Counted from the stretch's first letter, positions 1 through 9,038 are shown. The stretch is DNA of 64,000 nt from an uncultured Gammaproteobacteria bacterium (GCA_964510885.1 CAZEDL010000004.1:3182-67181); one strand, 5' to 3'. Notes: generated by a model not told the origin, from the sequence alone. Numbers and translations are program-made.

Positions 1-161
1 CGGCGACACTAGAGACCTGCACTTGATTTTCCAAGATGTTCTCCTTTTTTTCTTCAACAAAAAACTGAACACTATCTCTATAATAGAGATAAACCTCCAT
101 TACACAGACAGAGATCAGGCAATTTTCAAGGATAACCAAAGAGGCGCATCTACCATGCTAG

Positions 162-243
162 TGGGCAAGGAGGGACTCGAACCCTCAAGCCTTGCGGCAT
201 TAGTTCCTAAGACTAACGCGTATACCAGTTCCGCCACTTGCCC
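162..243 (-). tRNA. tRNA-Leu (anticodon TAG), class II with long variable arm
   Basis: The reverse complement folds as a cloverleaf: acceptor GGGCAAG/CTTGCCC, anticodon loop CTTAGGA, long variable arm GCCGCAAGGC, T-loop GGTTCGAGTCC. Confidence 0.85.
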
Positions 244-393
244 AAAAGTAGGCATATCTAATCATATGAAACTAAAAAAAGCAATAAAACAGACCTGCCA
301 AAATAGCGATCTTAATATATTCCCCTAAAAATGGAAATTCCTGCTCGGGAGAGCAGGAACAGAGGGGGGTGGGCCGTGCCAGAAGGTGCTGGA

Positions 394-1035
394 TCAAGCA
401 GCGCGATGGTAGGCGTCGACAAGCTGGGCGACGGCGCTGACGACCGCTCGGATCTTGTCGGCCACGTCAGGAAAGGACTTGACCACAGTGAGGCGAGGAT
501 GGTCCTTCCAGGCCAGCTCGCTAGCGCGAGCCAGCTCGACTGCACGCTCATACGGCTCAAACCGAACGCCGTTATTAGCGCGCTGGCCGGCCTCATAGAG
601 TGTCCGGTCTTCAAGGTGAGGTGGGGTCAGTAGGAAGACGGCCCGGTAGCGAGCGAGCTCAGCCATGAGATCGACATGATAGCGCGCTACGAATTCTTTC
701 AGGCCACCCGGGAGATAGGCCGCTGCACCCACGATGCCACGATCACAGAGGACGAACGGAACGCCGCGCTCCCGAGCCATGTCCAGAAACACCGCTTCGA
801 GTGGCCGCTGCACTCCGACCACCGCATCCTGGAAGTTAACCTGCCACTCCGGCGTCCACTCGAGATCGCGACCAGGGAGCGGAAAGCCGCCATTTAAGAG
901 CATGGTCGCTACCTCTGGCATCTCCAGGAACATGTTCGGGAACTGCTGTAGGACGAGATGACTGATCGTAGTTTTGCCTGAGCGTGGGCCACCTTCAATC
1001 ACCACCAGCTTGGGTTCTACAATCTTTTGACTCAT
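394..1035 (-). CDS. P-loop NTPase, AAA_28/NadR-like ATPase family
   Basis: Walker A motif GGPRSGKTT near the N-terminus. The 213-aa product resembles AAA_28-type ATPases. The gene is visibly GC-richer than its neighbours. Confidence 0.5.
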   Translation of the reverse strand: MSQKIVEPKLVVIEGGPRSGKTTISHLVLQQFPNMFLEMPEVATMLLNGGFPLPGRDLEWTPEWQVNFQDAVVGVQRPLEAVFLDMARERGVPFVLCDRGIVGAAAYLPGGLKEFVARYHVDLMAELARYRAVFLLTPPHLEDRTLYEAGQRANNGVRFEPYERAVELARASELAWKDHPRLTVVKSFPDVADKIRAVVSAVAQLVDAYHRAA

Positions 1036-1151
1036 GAAAAACCTCCAAAAAAACGTTTGGTTGAAAGATCGCAGTAATGGACCCTCGGCCCACTACTACC
1101 AGTTTCAAGGCAAAAAAATCCCTCTCACCAGTGGTAAAAGGGATTAAATAG

Positions 1152-3374
1152 TTATCGTCCGCCGCGGAAACCGCCACCGCCGCCACGACCACCAAATCCG
1201 CCCCGCTGTGGGCGTGGACCGCGCTCAAAGGCTGGTTGTTCCTGGTAGCCTTCCGGTTTCGGCAAGAGCTGTTTCATGCTGAGGTTAATGCGGCCAAGGT
1301 TATCAATTTCTTTAACCACAACTTTGACTTTATCACCGAGCTTCAAAACATCGCTTGGTTTATTGGTGCGTGTCCAGGCAATTTCACTCACATGCACGAG
1401 GCCATCCTGGCCAGGCAACACCTGGATAAAGGCGCCAAAATCTTCAAGGCGCACCACAGTACCTTCATACGTTTCGCCCGGGGTAACTTCGTGAGTTAAT
1501 TCCTCTACCCATTTTACTGCCTTCTCAAGGCCAACCGCATCACTCGAAGTGATACAGACGCGGCCATCATCTTCAATATCAATCGATACACCGGTTTCGG
1601 CAATAATTTTATTGATCATCTTACCACCAGGACCAATCACATCACGGATCTTGTCTGGATTAATCATAACTGTCACGATGCGTGGGGCATATGGCGACAA
1701 ATCGGGTCGCGGAGATGGCAAAATTTTAGCCATTTCGGACAACAAGGTTAAGCGAGCTGTCTTGGCTTGACTAAAGGTCTGATCCACAATCTCCCAGCTA
1801 AGACCGCTGGTTTTGGTATCCATTTGGAGCGCGGTAATACCATCAGCCGTACCGGCAATTTTGAAATCCATACCACCCGGGCCGTCTTCGATATCCTGTA
1901 AATCGGTTAATACTTTCCATTTGCCATTTGCATCACTCGCAAGACCCATCGCAATTCCAGCCACCGGCTTCTTGATTGGCACACCAGCGTCCATAAGGGC
2001 GAGCGTTGAACCGCACGTCGATGCCATGGAACTTGAGCCATTGCTGCCAAGCACTTCGGATACCACGCGAATCGCATACGGAAATTCTGTTTCTGGTGGC
2101 AACATCGGTACGAGGGCTCGTTCTGCCAAAGCGCCGTGCCCGATCGCGCGATTGCCTGGGCCGCGCAGCGGGCCAGTTTCGCCATAAGTTGCCGGCGTGT
2201 CATTGTAATGATGCATATAACGCTTGGTTCCCTCTTCTTCCATCGTATCAAGCGTTTGCACATCACCCGGCGCACCAAGAGTCGCGACCGACAGCACCTG
2301 CGTGTCGCCGCGCATAAACATACCAGAGCCATGGGTGCGTGGTAACAGCGCTACTTCAATATTCAAATCACGAATATCAGTGAGCGAGCGGCCATCCAGG
2401 CGCTGCTCTTTTTTCAAAATCTGTTCGGTAATATATTTTTCGACATAAATTTTGACGCGGCCAAGCACAATCTTTTTGATTTTTTCATCGAGCCCTTCTT
2501 TGGCCGACAGCATTTCATCAACAGCTTTGCTAAAGCGCTCTACCATCGCGACGCGCTCCATTTTACCTTTCTTTACCCCTTCAAAAATCCAGTCATCGAC
2601 ATGGCTCGCTACCAGTTGAATCGCTTCTTGCTCGGTAGCGCGCAGGGTCAATTCTTTTTCATCAGGGTTAGCCGACAAATCAAGTTTCGGCTGACCGACT
2701 TCACGCTGTAATTTGGTAATAAATTCAATGAGCGGAGCGAGTTCGGCGGCGCCATATTTAAGAGCTGCGAGCACATCCTGATCAGGCGCATCTTTACACC
2801 CGGCTTCCACCATAATCACTTTGTCTGGCGTACCAGCGACCACAATATCAACATCACTCGTTTCACGTTCGGCAAATGACGGGTTGATTTTGAAGGCACC
2901 ATTCACCCGGCCAACGCGAGCGCCAGCAATCGGGCCATTCCACGGAATATTCGACAGACTTAATACCGTAGCCGCAGCAATCAATGCCGGAACCTGCGAA
3001 TCATTTTCGCCATCCACCGACAGAGCCGTCAGAATAACCTGAATATCATTGCGCATCTGATCGTTGAACAGCGGGCGAATCGCGCGATCCACCAGGCGGC
3101 CTGACAAAATCGCATCTTCACTCGGGCGGCCTTCGCGCTTGATAAAGCGGCTGCCTTTAATTTTTCCAGCGGCGTATAATTTTTCTTCGAAGTTCACCAT
3201 CAGCGGGAAAAAATCGATGCCGTCGCGCGTATTTTTACTCATCACGACGCTGGCCAAAATCACCGTATCGCCATAACGCACGGTGCATGATGCATTAGCC
3301 TGCAAGCTAAAATGGCCGGTTTCCACCGTCAGGGTGCGGCCGCCCCAGTTGAGCGACCATTGTTTGATATTCAT
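1152..3374 (-). CDS. pnp: polyribonucleotide nucleotidyltransferase (PNPase) with C-terminal Gly/Arg-rich tail
   Basis: 740 aa with two RNase PH domains, KH and S1 regions (GETYEGTVVRLEDFGAFI) and a C-terminal RGGFGGRGGGGGFRGGR tail. Confidence 0.95.
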   Translation of the reverse strand: MNIKQWSLNWGGRTLTVETGHFSLQANASCTVRYGDTVILASVVMSKNTRDGIDFFPLMVNFEEKLYAAGKIKGSRFIKREGRPSEDAILSGRLVDRAIRPLFNDQMRNDIQVILTALSVDGENDSQVPALIAAATVLSLSNIPWNGPIAGARVGRVNGAFKINPSFAERETSDVDIVVAGTPDKVIMVEAGCKDAPDQDVLAALKYGAAELAPLIEFITKLQREVGQPKLDLSANPDEKELTLRATEQEAIQLVASHVDDWIFEGVKKGKMERVAMVERFSKAVDEMLSAKEGLDEKIKKIVLGRVKIYVEKYITEQILKKEQRLDGRSLTDIRDLNIEVALLPRTHGSGMFMRGDTQVLSVATLGAPGDVQTLDTMEEEGTKRYMHHYNDTPATYGETGPLRGPGNRAIGHGALAERALVPMLPPETEFPYAIRVVSEVLGSNGSSSMASTCGSTLALMDAGVPIKKPVAGIAMGLASDANGKWKVLTDLQDIEDGPGGMDFKIAGTADGITALQMDTKTSGLSWEIVDQTFSQAKTARLTLLSEMAKILPSPRPDLSPYAPRIVTVMINPDKIRDVIGPGGKMINKIIAETGVSIDIEDDGRVCITSSDAVGLEKAVKWVEELTHEVTPGETYEGTVVRLEDFGAFIQVLPGQDGLVHVSEIAWTRTNKPSDVLKLGDKVKVVVKEIDNLGRINLSMKQLLPKPEGYQEQPAFERGPRPQRGGFGGRGGGGGFRGGR

Positions 3375-3541
3375 ATGTGTTCCTTTCTTGAAGTTGCTAT
3401 GCGAGCTAAAGACCTACTAGCAGGTCTGTGTGTCTGCATACCAACCTCATTATAAATAAATTGTTACATTGTCATATTGTTAAATTGCTATCGGTGAAAA
3501 TCTCACAAAAAACAATTTAGCACTTTAACAATTTAGCAATT

Positions 3542-4120
3542 TTATACCTTCGGTGGAGCCGCCTTCTTCCGAGCCGGAGGCCGTGGGCTATACGTCGGAA
3601 TCAAAAACTTGCCTTTCTCAAGACTCAAATCCATAAAATCATCAGCCGCTTCTTTCAATTTACCAGACGTAGTGTTGCCAAAGGCCACCACTTCTACCTG
3701 TTTGCCCTGGTTGCGCAGATATTCAATCAGCGGCATATAATCACCGTCGCCACTGACCAGCACAATCGCATCAAGGCTCGGGCTAAGGCGAATCGCATCT
3801 ACCGCAATGCCAACATCCCAATCAGCTTTTTTCTCACCGCCATAAAAAATCTGGAGCGGCTTGTCTTTGGTTTCAATGCCAAGATTATAGAGCGCATCGA
3901 AAAACGGCTGCTCTTCTTTGCTTTCAGTTGATACCACATAGGCAATCGCCCGGATCAATTTCCGGCCTTCAGTCGCCGCTTTTACGATCGCCCCGAAGTT
4001 AACTTTCGCGCCATACAAATTCTTGGCGCTATAATACATATTCTGCACATCAATAAACACCCCAACGCGTTGGTCAGGGTGTTTAAGGGGATGATTTTTT
4101 TTGTTAGGCGACGCGTTCAT
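3542..4120 (-). CDS. NYN-domain (LabA/PIN-like) protein
   Basis: Motifs VGVFIDVQNMYYS ... VLVSGDGDY are typical of NYN/LabA nucleases. The gene lies between rpsO and pnp. Confidence 0.7.
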   Translation of the reverse strand: MNASPNKKNHPLKHPDQRVGVFIDVQNMYYSAKNLYGAKVNFGAIVKAATEGRKLIRAIAYVVSTESKEEQPFFDALYNLGIETKDKPLQIFYGGEKKADWDVGIAVDAIRLSPSLDAIVLVSGDGDYMPLIEYLRNQGKQVEVVAFGNTTSGKLKEAADDFMDLSLEKGKFLIPTYSPRPPARKKAAPPKV

Positions 4121-4475
4121 TGCCAGCATCTTTTAAATCCATGGCCTCGTCATCGAGCATCTCATCTTCGGTTTCAGCGCCAGTAGCGCCTGGTTTCGGG
4201 ATTGTGCGGCCACCTTTAATTTTAAGTTTTTTAAGAATCTGTTCGCAGCTTTCTGGATTTTCTTTGCGGAGATAACGGATCAAGCTGCGGCGCGTACTCA
4301 CTTTGCGGAGCAAACCACGGCGAGAAGAATGATCTTTCGGGTGAAGTTTAAGGTGCTCAATCAGCTCATCAATTTCAGCACTGAGAATGGCAATCTGGAC
4401 TTCGCTTGAGCCAGTATCGCCCTCATGAGTCTGAAATTTTTTAATAATACTCGCTTTTTTCTTGACGTCTAACAT
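4104..4475 (-). CDS. rpsO: 30S ribosomal protein S15 with acidic C-terminal extension
   Basis: The S15 core (GDTGSSEVQIAILSAEIDELIEHLKLHPKDHSSRRGLLRKVSTRRSLIRYL) is followed by an acidic tail of about 35 aa. The rpsO-pnp neighbourhood is classical. Confidence 0.85.
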   Translation of the reverse strand: MLDVKKKASIIKKFQTHEGDTGSSEVQIAILSAEIDELIEHLKLHPKDHSSRRGLLRKVSTRRSLIRYLRKENPESCEQILKKLKIKGGRTIPKPGATGAETEDEMLDDEAMDLKDAGNERVA

Positions 4476-4652
4476 ACGATATATGCGGTTATATCACCGA
4501 GCGCTTCCCGAGCATATTTCAGGAAGGTTCAGTTCTGGCTAAATCATAGGGCCGAGCCTGTGGTGGCCAGAATGAGTAAAGTAGGATCATCGTAGCCGAA
4601 TAGGCCAAAAAAGTCAAGCTTACAGATGAAGGGGTTACCTAGCCCCGCCAGA

Positions 4653-6980
4653 CTAAATTCGCACACCAGTCGCCTTAATAGCCGCTAAAAAAGGCTCCAG
4701 CTCCGTCTCAAGAGCCTCTAATTCAGCATACTGTTCACGCATCGCTTGACTATCCCGGCGGGTGTAGGCTTGCCCAAAAGCCAATTGAATTGTTTTAAAC
4801 CTGACTTCGCTAGTCGCCCAAATATCAACTGGCAGCTGCGCTCTTCGAGACAAAATCGTCAATTTATCAAAAGGAAATTTGTTCTGAAAAGTACGATTTT
4901 TCCCAGACGAAAATTCATCACCATACATCATGGTCATAAGGCTGGCGATGCGAGGATCTTTTTCCTCTGGCTGAGAGTCTTTTTTAGCTAAACCTCGCGA
5001 CGTATCGCGGCCTGCGTCTTGGGGCTGACCGACAAGCTGTTCCAAGTGGGCTTCAGCATCAAGTAACAGTTCCACTGAACCCGTATATGCTTCAACTTGA
5101 TGATTAAAACTGTCAAAATTGCTAAATAACGCAGGGATCCCGTCTCCCTGGCGATAATTTTTATCAAACTGTTCATAGGTTTTTCTCAGTCCACCAGCAC
5201 TCTTAAGCCGATTTCGCCACTCATCACGCTGCTCCCGATCCGGGTGTTTACTGAAATAAGCCTCGGCTTTTTTATCTAAAGAAACCAAGCCTTCTTTAAC
5301 TGAACCGTACAAATATTGCATCAATTCATACGCTTCTGTCAGAGCTTTATCATATGCCGGATAAAAGGCATTCTCGTCGTGGGCAACAGTTCGGACCACA
5401 CGAGCCAAGTTACGCAAAGCCTCTAAACGAGATTGGTGGCTTTTCCCACCTTTCGTTTCCCAGCGCGCCTTACTATCGACAATCGTACTCGCCAACCGCT
5501 CAGTAGTTTTGACAATATGTTCGGAAGCGCACAAATACGCAGAGCCGCGGGCTTCGGCCCGAGCCTCTTGATCAAGTTTCTCAAGTTCAGTCACAAGGCC
5601 CTGCGGTATGCCAACCTCTTTAGCCGTCTTCGGGCGCGCTTTGTCTCCGGGTGCCGGATGCACCAACAAAAAGTCATCTATTGAAACTGTTGGCGGCAAT
5701 TCTGTGAACACTTTTACCCAATATCGAGCAAAGTAAACTTCGCCAATAATTGGAGGGGCTACCGTTCGATCTAGCAGCGACCCATCTTCGCCAATTTCAT
5801 CATCAGCTTTTATAGGGAATAAATCATTGGGAAAATCAGCGTGGTCGCGGGCTTGTTGCAAAACTGAACGAGCACCCTCAAGTTCAAGTTTTATGAGCGG
5901 CACCTCTCTTCTGTTCGGATCTGGAGCGGTCGAAGATAGCGCCACATCCGGAGTGGCTGGAGCTGGCGACGATTTTGGAGCAGCTGACGGTGCGGCGGCA
6001 ACACTCGGCGACAAAACTGCCGCTACCGGTGGTGGTGAAACTGGTACTAGAGACGGGGTAGGTACATCCACTGGTTGCGGCGTTACCGGGCTGGCAGAAC
6101 CTGCTGCCGACTGAGGAGTCTGAGCTGGTGCCGATGTACCGGGCAAAGGCGGCGGCTCTTCCGGTGGATCCTTCAAAAGATACCCAGCCCCAACAAAATA
6201 GGCCTCAAGGTCGGCTTGAGTAGCAATAAGTCTAGATCCATATACCGGCTTATTCCCTGTTCCCTTAAGTAACTCTGCATCCAAGACTCCGCCTAACTTT
6301 CGCACAAGAATGAGGATGTCTTTGGGATATATTATTTTCACTTGCTGGCCATCTTTGCTGCCAGGAGCACTCTCAACAATAGGGGGTGTTACCGGCGCCA
6401 CCCCGTTGCGCAGCAAAGAAAAGAACACTTCACTGCGCACCCCATTTTTCCTCAAAGTTATGACTAGATTATTTTTTGGGTCTTTGGGCATTTTATCGTC
6501 AAATCCCAAATGTATGTCGCCTTCGATCTTTATCGAAGGCGGCGCACTTACCACTTCAGGTGTTACAATCGCAGGACTTACCCCAGATACTGGAGCGGCA
6601 ACAACGGCAGTTTGCTTATTGTCCCAATCGTTCGGCAACGGCTGATCATGGAGCGGGTATTTTTCTAAACTGAAACATTCTTTAAATAAGGGCCCTAGCA
6701 ATACAAACAGCTGACGATGTTTTTTATGTAAATTTCTAATCGCTTTATCTTTTTTTCCAAGATCAGTAGTAACGCCTACGGCTATCCGAAGGCTAGGAAG
6801 CTCAGCAAGTTTCGCCTCCAAATCCTTCTTCAGTTGAGGAGATATATGGGGCTCAAGTTTTGCAATATCACCTGCAATCTCCTGGTCCTCAACCCTAAAC
6901 GTAACACCGCTTTCTACTTCAAATAGAAACAAATCAACAATTGGTCGGGGTTGCGGGCCACCTTCACGATTTTTGGCCAT
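4653..6980 (-). CDS. large hypothetical protein (775 aa) with central Pro/Ala/Ser-rich low-complexity linker
   Basis: Long ORF with no transmembrane segments and a central PPEEPPPLPGTSAPAQTP...PSAAPKSSPAPATP region. I recognised no domain. Confidence 0.5.
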   Translation of the reverse strand: MAKNREGGPQPRPIVDLFLFEVESGVTFRVEDQEIAGDIAKLEPHISPQLKKDLEAKLAELPSLRIAVGVTTDLGKKDKAIRNLHKKHRQLFVLLGPLFKECFSLEKYPLHDQPLPNDWDNKQTAVVAAPVSGVSPAIVTPEVVSAPPSIKIEGDIHLGFDDKMPKDPKNNLVITLRKNGVRSEVFFSLLRNGVAPVTPPIVESAPGSKDGQQVKIIYPKDILILVRKLGGVLDAELLKGTGNKPVYGSRLIATQADLEAYFVGAGYLLKDPPEEPPPLPGTSAPAQTPQSAAGSASPVTPQPVDVPTPSLVPVSPPPVAAVLSPSVAAAPSAAPKSSPAPATPDVALSSTAPDPNRREVPLIKLELEGARSVLQQARDHADFPNDLFPIKADDEIGEDGSLLDRTVAPPIIGEVYFARYWVKVFTELPPTVSIDDFLLVHPAPGDKARPKTAKEVGIPQGLVTELEKLDQEARAEARGSAYLCASEHIVKTTERLASTIVDSKARWETKGGKSHQSRLEALRNLARVVRTVAHDENAFYPAYDKALTEAYELMQYLYGSVKEGLVSLDKKAEAYFSKHPDREQRDEWRNRLKSAGGLRKTYEQFDKNYRQGDGIPALFSNFDSFNHQVEAYTGSVELLLDAEAHLEQLVGQPQDAGRDTSRGLAKKDSQPEEKDPRIASLMTMMYGDEFSSGKNRTFQNKFPFDKLTILSRRAQLPVDIWATSEVRFKTIQLAFGQAYTRRDSQAMREQYAELEALETELEPFLAAIKATGVRI

Positions 6981-6984
6981 ATAA

Positions 6985-7356
6985 TTATCCTCCAGACAGC
7001 TTAGTTAATACAAACCGTGTTATAGCATATGATACTGTCACGATTACAACCCCGATAATCGCTGTTTGCATCGTGTCTTTGGCGTTACTGATTGCATCTT
7101 CATTACCTTGCGAAGTCAACCATCGGAAACCGGCATACAGCATAAGGCCAAAAAAAGCAAAAGACAACACGACAAATACCGTCGGAACCACTCGAGTTAT
7201 TATGCCAGAAAAGGTATTTTGATCCCCGGTCTCGAACCCCACCGCCTTGCTGGTTTCGGTTAAGCCATAATCTCCGGCCAGAACAGGCGCCGCCATCAAG
7301 AGCACGCTAAAAACGCTTAAAAAAAATAAAAATTTTTTAAGAAAAAAATGGCGCAT
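6985..7356 (-). CDS. TrbC/VirB2-like (T4SS-pilin-like) small membrane protein, paralog 1
   Basis: Signal/TM1, then LYAGFRWLTSQGNEDAISNAKDTMQTAIIGVVIVTVSYAI, a motif shared with the nine-gene array at 9.1-14.0 kb. Start placed at the internal MRHFF Met. Confidence 0.55.
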   Translation of the reverse strand: MRHFFLKKFLFFLSVFSVLLMAAPVLAGDYGLTETSKAVGFETGDQNTFSGIITRVVPTVFVVLSFAFFGLMLYAGFRWLTSQGNEDAISNAKDTMQTAIIGVVIVTVSYAITRFVLTKLSGG

Positions 7357-7454
7357 ATTTCTCTTATTTAAGACCTTTTTTGAAAAACTACAACCATAGT
7401 AGCACACCTTGCTTTTTCTGTAAAAAATCGATAGGATACGATCATTTCCTAAAC

Positions 7455-7526
7455 GTCCTTGTAGTTCAATGGATAGAACGAGAGCCTTCTAAGCTCTAAA
7501 TCTAGGTTCGATTCCTAGCAAGGACA
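7455..7526 (+). tRNA. tRNA-Arg (anticodon TCT)
   Basis: Cloverleaf with acceptor GTCCTTG/CAAGGAC, anticodon loop CTTCTAA and T-loop GGTTCGATTCC. Confidence 0.85.
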
Positions 7527-7665
7527 CACCGAACATCAAAAATCCTAATGACTGATATCAAAACTTGCCAAAAGCTTTTTTTCACTGTAGTATCTTAAAA
7601 CTAGGTTGTCTAATTTGAAATTAGATATTAGAATTTTTGGTACTCCTCGCGAAGCGAAGAGATAT

Positions 7666-7738
7666 GGTGGCCATGGTATAATGGTTATTACGCGAGATTG
7701 TGGCTCTCGCAATACGGGTTCAATTCCCGTTGGCCACC
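7666..7738 (+). tRNA. tRNA-His (anticodon GTG) with encoded G-1
   Basis: An extra 5' G pairs with discriminator C73, the tRNA-His hallmark. Anticodon loop TTGTGGC. Acceptor GTGGCCA/TGGCCAC. Confidence 0.85.
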
Positions 7739-7740
7739 CA

Positions 7741-7839
7741 CATTGAACCGGGGAAGGTCTGGAAACCGGGAGGTTTCCACCTCTGCCGGGGAGAGCGCAC
7801 GAGAGGGCGGAAGCCCTTTCGTGGGAGCGAAGCGACGGA
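7741..7839 (+). other. tRNA-trailer conserved structured element, copy 1 (after tRNA-His)
   Basis: Starts CATTGAACC, complementary to the tRNA-His T-loop. Core is GGGGAAGG-GGAAACC[GGGA]GGTTTCC-...-GGGC[GGAA]GCCC-TTTCGTGGGAGCG. It is followed by a direct duplicate of the tRNA 3' end. About 85% identical to the copies at 37495 and 44701. Confidence 0.7.
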
Positions 7840-7915
7840 AATTCCCGTTGGCCACCCACATTGAACCGGGGAAAGTTTGGGAAGAGATTCCTGGCAACTC
7901 CCAATAACAGTAAAA
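7840..7915 (+). repeat. 34-nt direct duplicate of the tRNA-His 3' end plus the element start, then a degenerate partial second element copy
   Basis: 7840-7873 is identical to 7722-7755. The following GTTTGGGAAGAGATTCC resembles the element hairpin region. Confidence 0.6.
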
Positions 7916-7961
7916 TCTCTTCACATAGAAGAGATTTTAAATTTAAGGACTAAACAGGTCT

Positions 7962-9038
7962 ATGGCGGCAGCAAAGCAAAAAGTACTTATTCTCTCCTGC
8001 ACTGGCGGCCTTGGCCATATTAAAGCTGGAACAGCGCTCTATGAGAGGGCTGTTCAATGTTACCCGAATATCGATGCCCGTCATATTAATGTTCTTGAAT
8101 ACCTGTCGCCTCTTCTGCGACGCCTAATTGGCGGATCCTACGATTTTTGGCTTCGGCTTACCCCGTCGCTATACCATTATCTGTACACCCTCGATGATAG
8201 CGGGCGAGGCACCATCTCGACGATCGCCCATTCATTGGTCGGGGCCATACTAAAAAAACCATTACAAAATTTGATTACCGACTGTCTCAATTTTAAACCT
8301 GATCGAATTATCACGACACATTATCTGATACCTTTTTTATTAAAGAATCGGATAACCGCGCCCATAGACGTCGTGATAACTGACTATCGAGCGCATCAAG
8401 TCTGGCTACATTCAAATGTGCGCCGTTATTTTGTAGGTAGCGCCGAGACTGCCGCTGGCATAAAAAATCAAAACCAACCAATTATAGTTAGTGGCATCCC
8501 TATCAGCCCAGATTTTATTAAAAAAAATACAGAACCAAATAGCGCTGAGCTCAGCCGTTCAGATTCACCAACCATCCTGCTATTGGCCGGAGGCAGCGGG
8601 CTTATCGACACCACGCCATATGCTAGAAATATTTTAGAAAATATTAAAAACGCTCGTGTCATCGCAGTCGCAGGGAAAAACTACGAGGCATTATTCAAAA
8701 AATTAACCGCCCTGTCAGCCCTGTACCCTAATCTAAGTGTCCATACCTACCTTGATCCGATTGCCAACTGGATGAAACAAGCCGATATCATTGTAACCAA
8801 ACCAGGTGGATTAACGGTGACTGAAGCCGTATTCCTAAAAAAACCGCTCGTGTTAATCGGGCCTGCTCCTGGGCAAGAAGCAGCTAACGTTCGATTCGTT
8901 CTGAGCCATGGTTACGGCCAAAAGGCAGCCGCCGCGAAAGACCTATCAAGAGTAATTACCACTGAATTAAAAAAGCTGCCAGGGCAATCACGCGCAGAGC
9001 AGCTATTTCCTAACGACATAATTTTAAACGCAAACTAA
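7962..9038 (+). CDS. diacylglycerol glycosyltransferase (MGDG synthase/UgtP-like, GT28)
   Basis: N-terminal VLILSCTGGLGHIKAGTALYE resembles the MGDG-synthase/UgtP signature. The C-terminal GT28 fold includes a KPGGLTVTE motif. Confidence 0.75.
   Translation: MAAAKQKVLILSCTGGLGHIKAGTALYERAVQCYPNIDARHINVLEYLSPLLRRLIGGSYDFWLRLTPSLYHYLYTLDDSGRGTISTIAHSLVGAILKKPLQNLITDCLNFKPDRIITTHYLIPFLLKNRITAPIDVVITDYRAHQVWLHSNVRRYFVGSAETAAGIKNQNQPIIVSGIPISPDFIKKNTEPNSAELSRSDSPTILLLAGGSGLIDTTPYARNILENIKNARVIAVAGKNYEALFKKLTALSALYPNLSVHTYLDPIANWMKQADIIVTKPGGLTVTEAVFLKKPLVLIGPAPGQEAANVRFVLSHGYGQKAAAAKDLSRVITTELKKLPGQSRAEQLFPNDIILNAN

Noticed and set aside
23-328. ORF 23..328(+) of 101 aa.
   Set aside because: It overlaps the minus-strand tRNA-Leu(TAG) at 162-243 and has no recognisable protein features.
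312-961. Multiple overlapping ORFs (312..614-, 331..633+, 676..897+, 734..961+) inside the AAA ATPase gene.
   Set aside because: Typical spurious frames in GC-rich DNA. The 394..1035(-) frame has the Walker A motif and full length.
7545-7924. ORFs 7545..7904(-), 7688..7924(-) and 7698..7907(+), which share peptide strings with ORFs 37433..37669(-) and 44553..44942(+). These looked like a conserved small protein family.
   Set aside because: They overlap tRNA genes and the conserved tRNA-trailer element. The amino-acid similarity is just nucleotide conservation read in arbitrary frames. There are no start or RBS signals, and strands are mixed.
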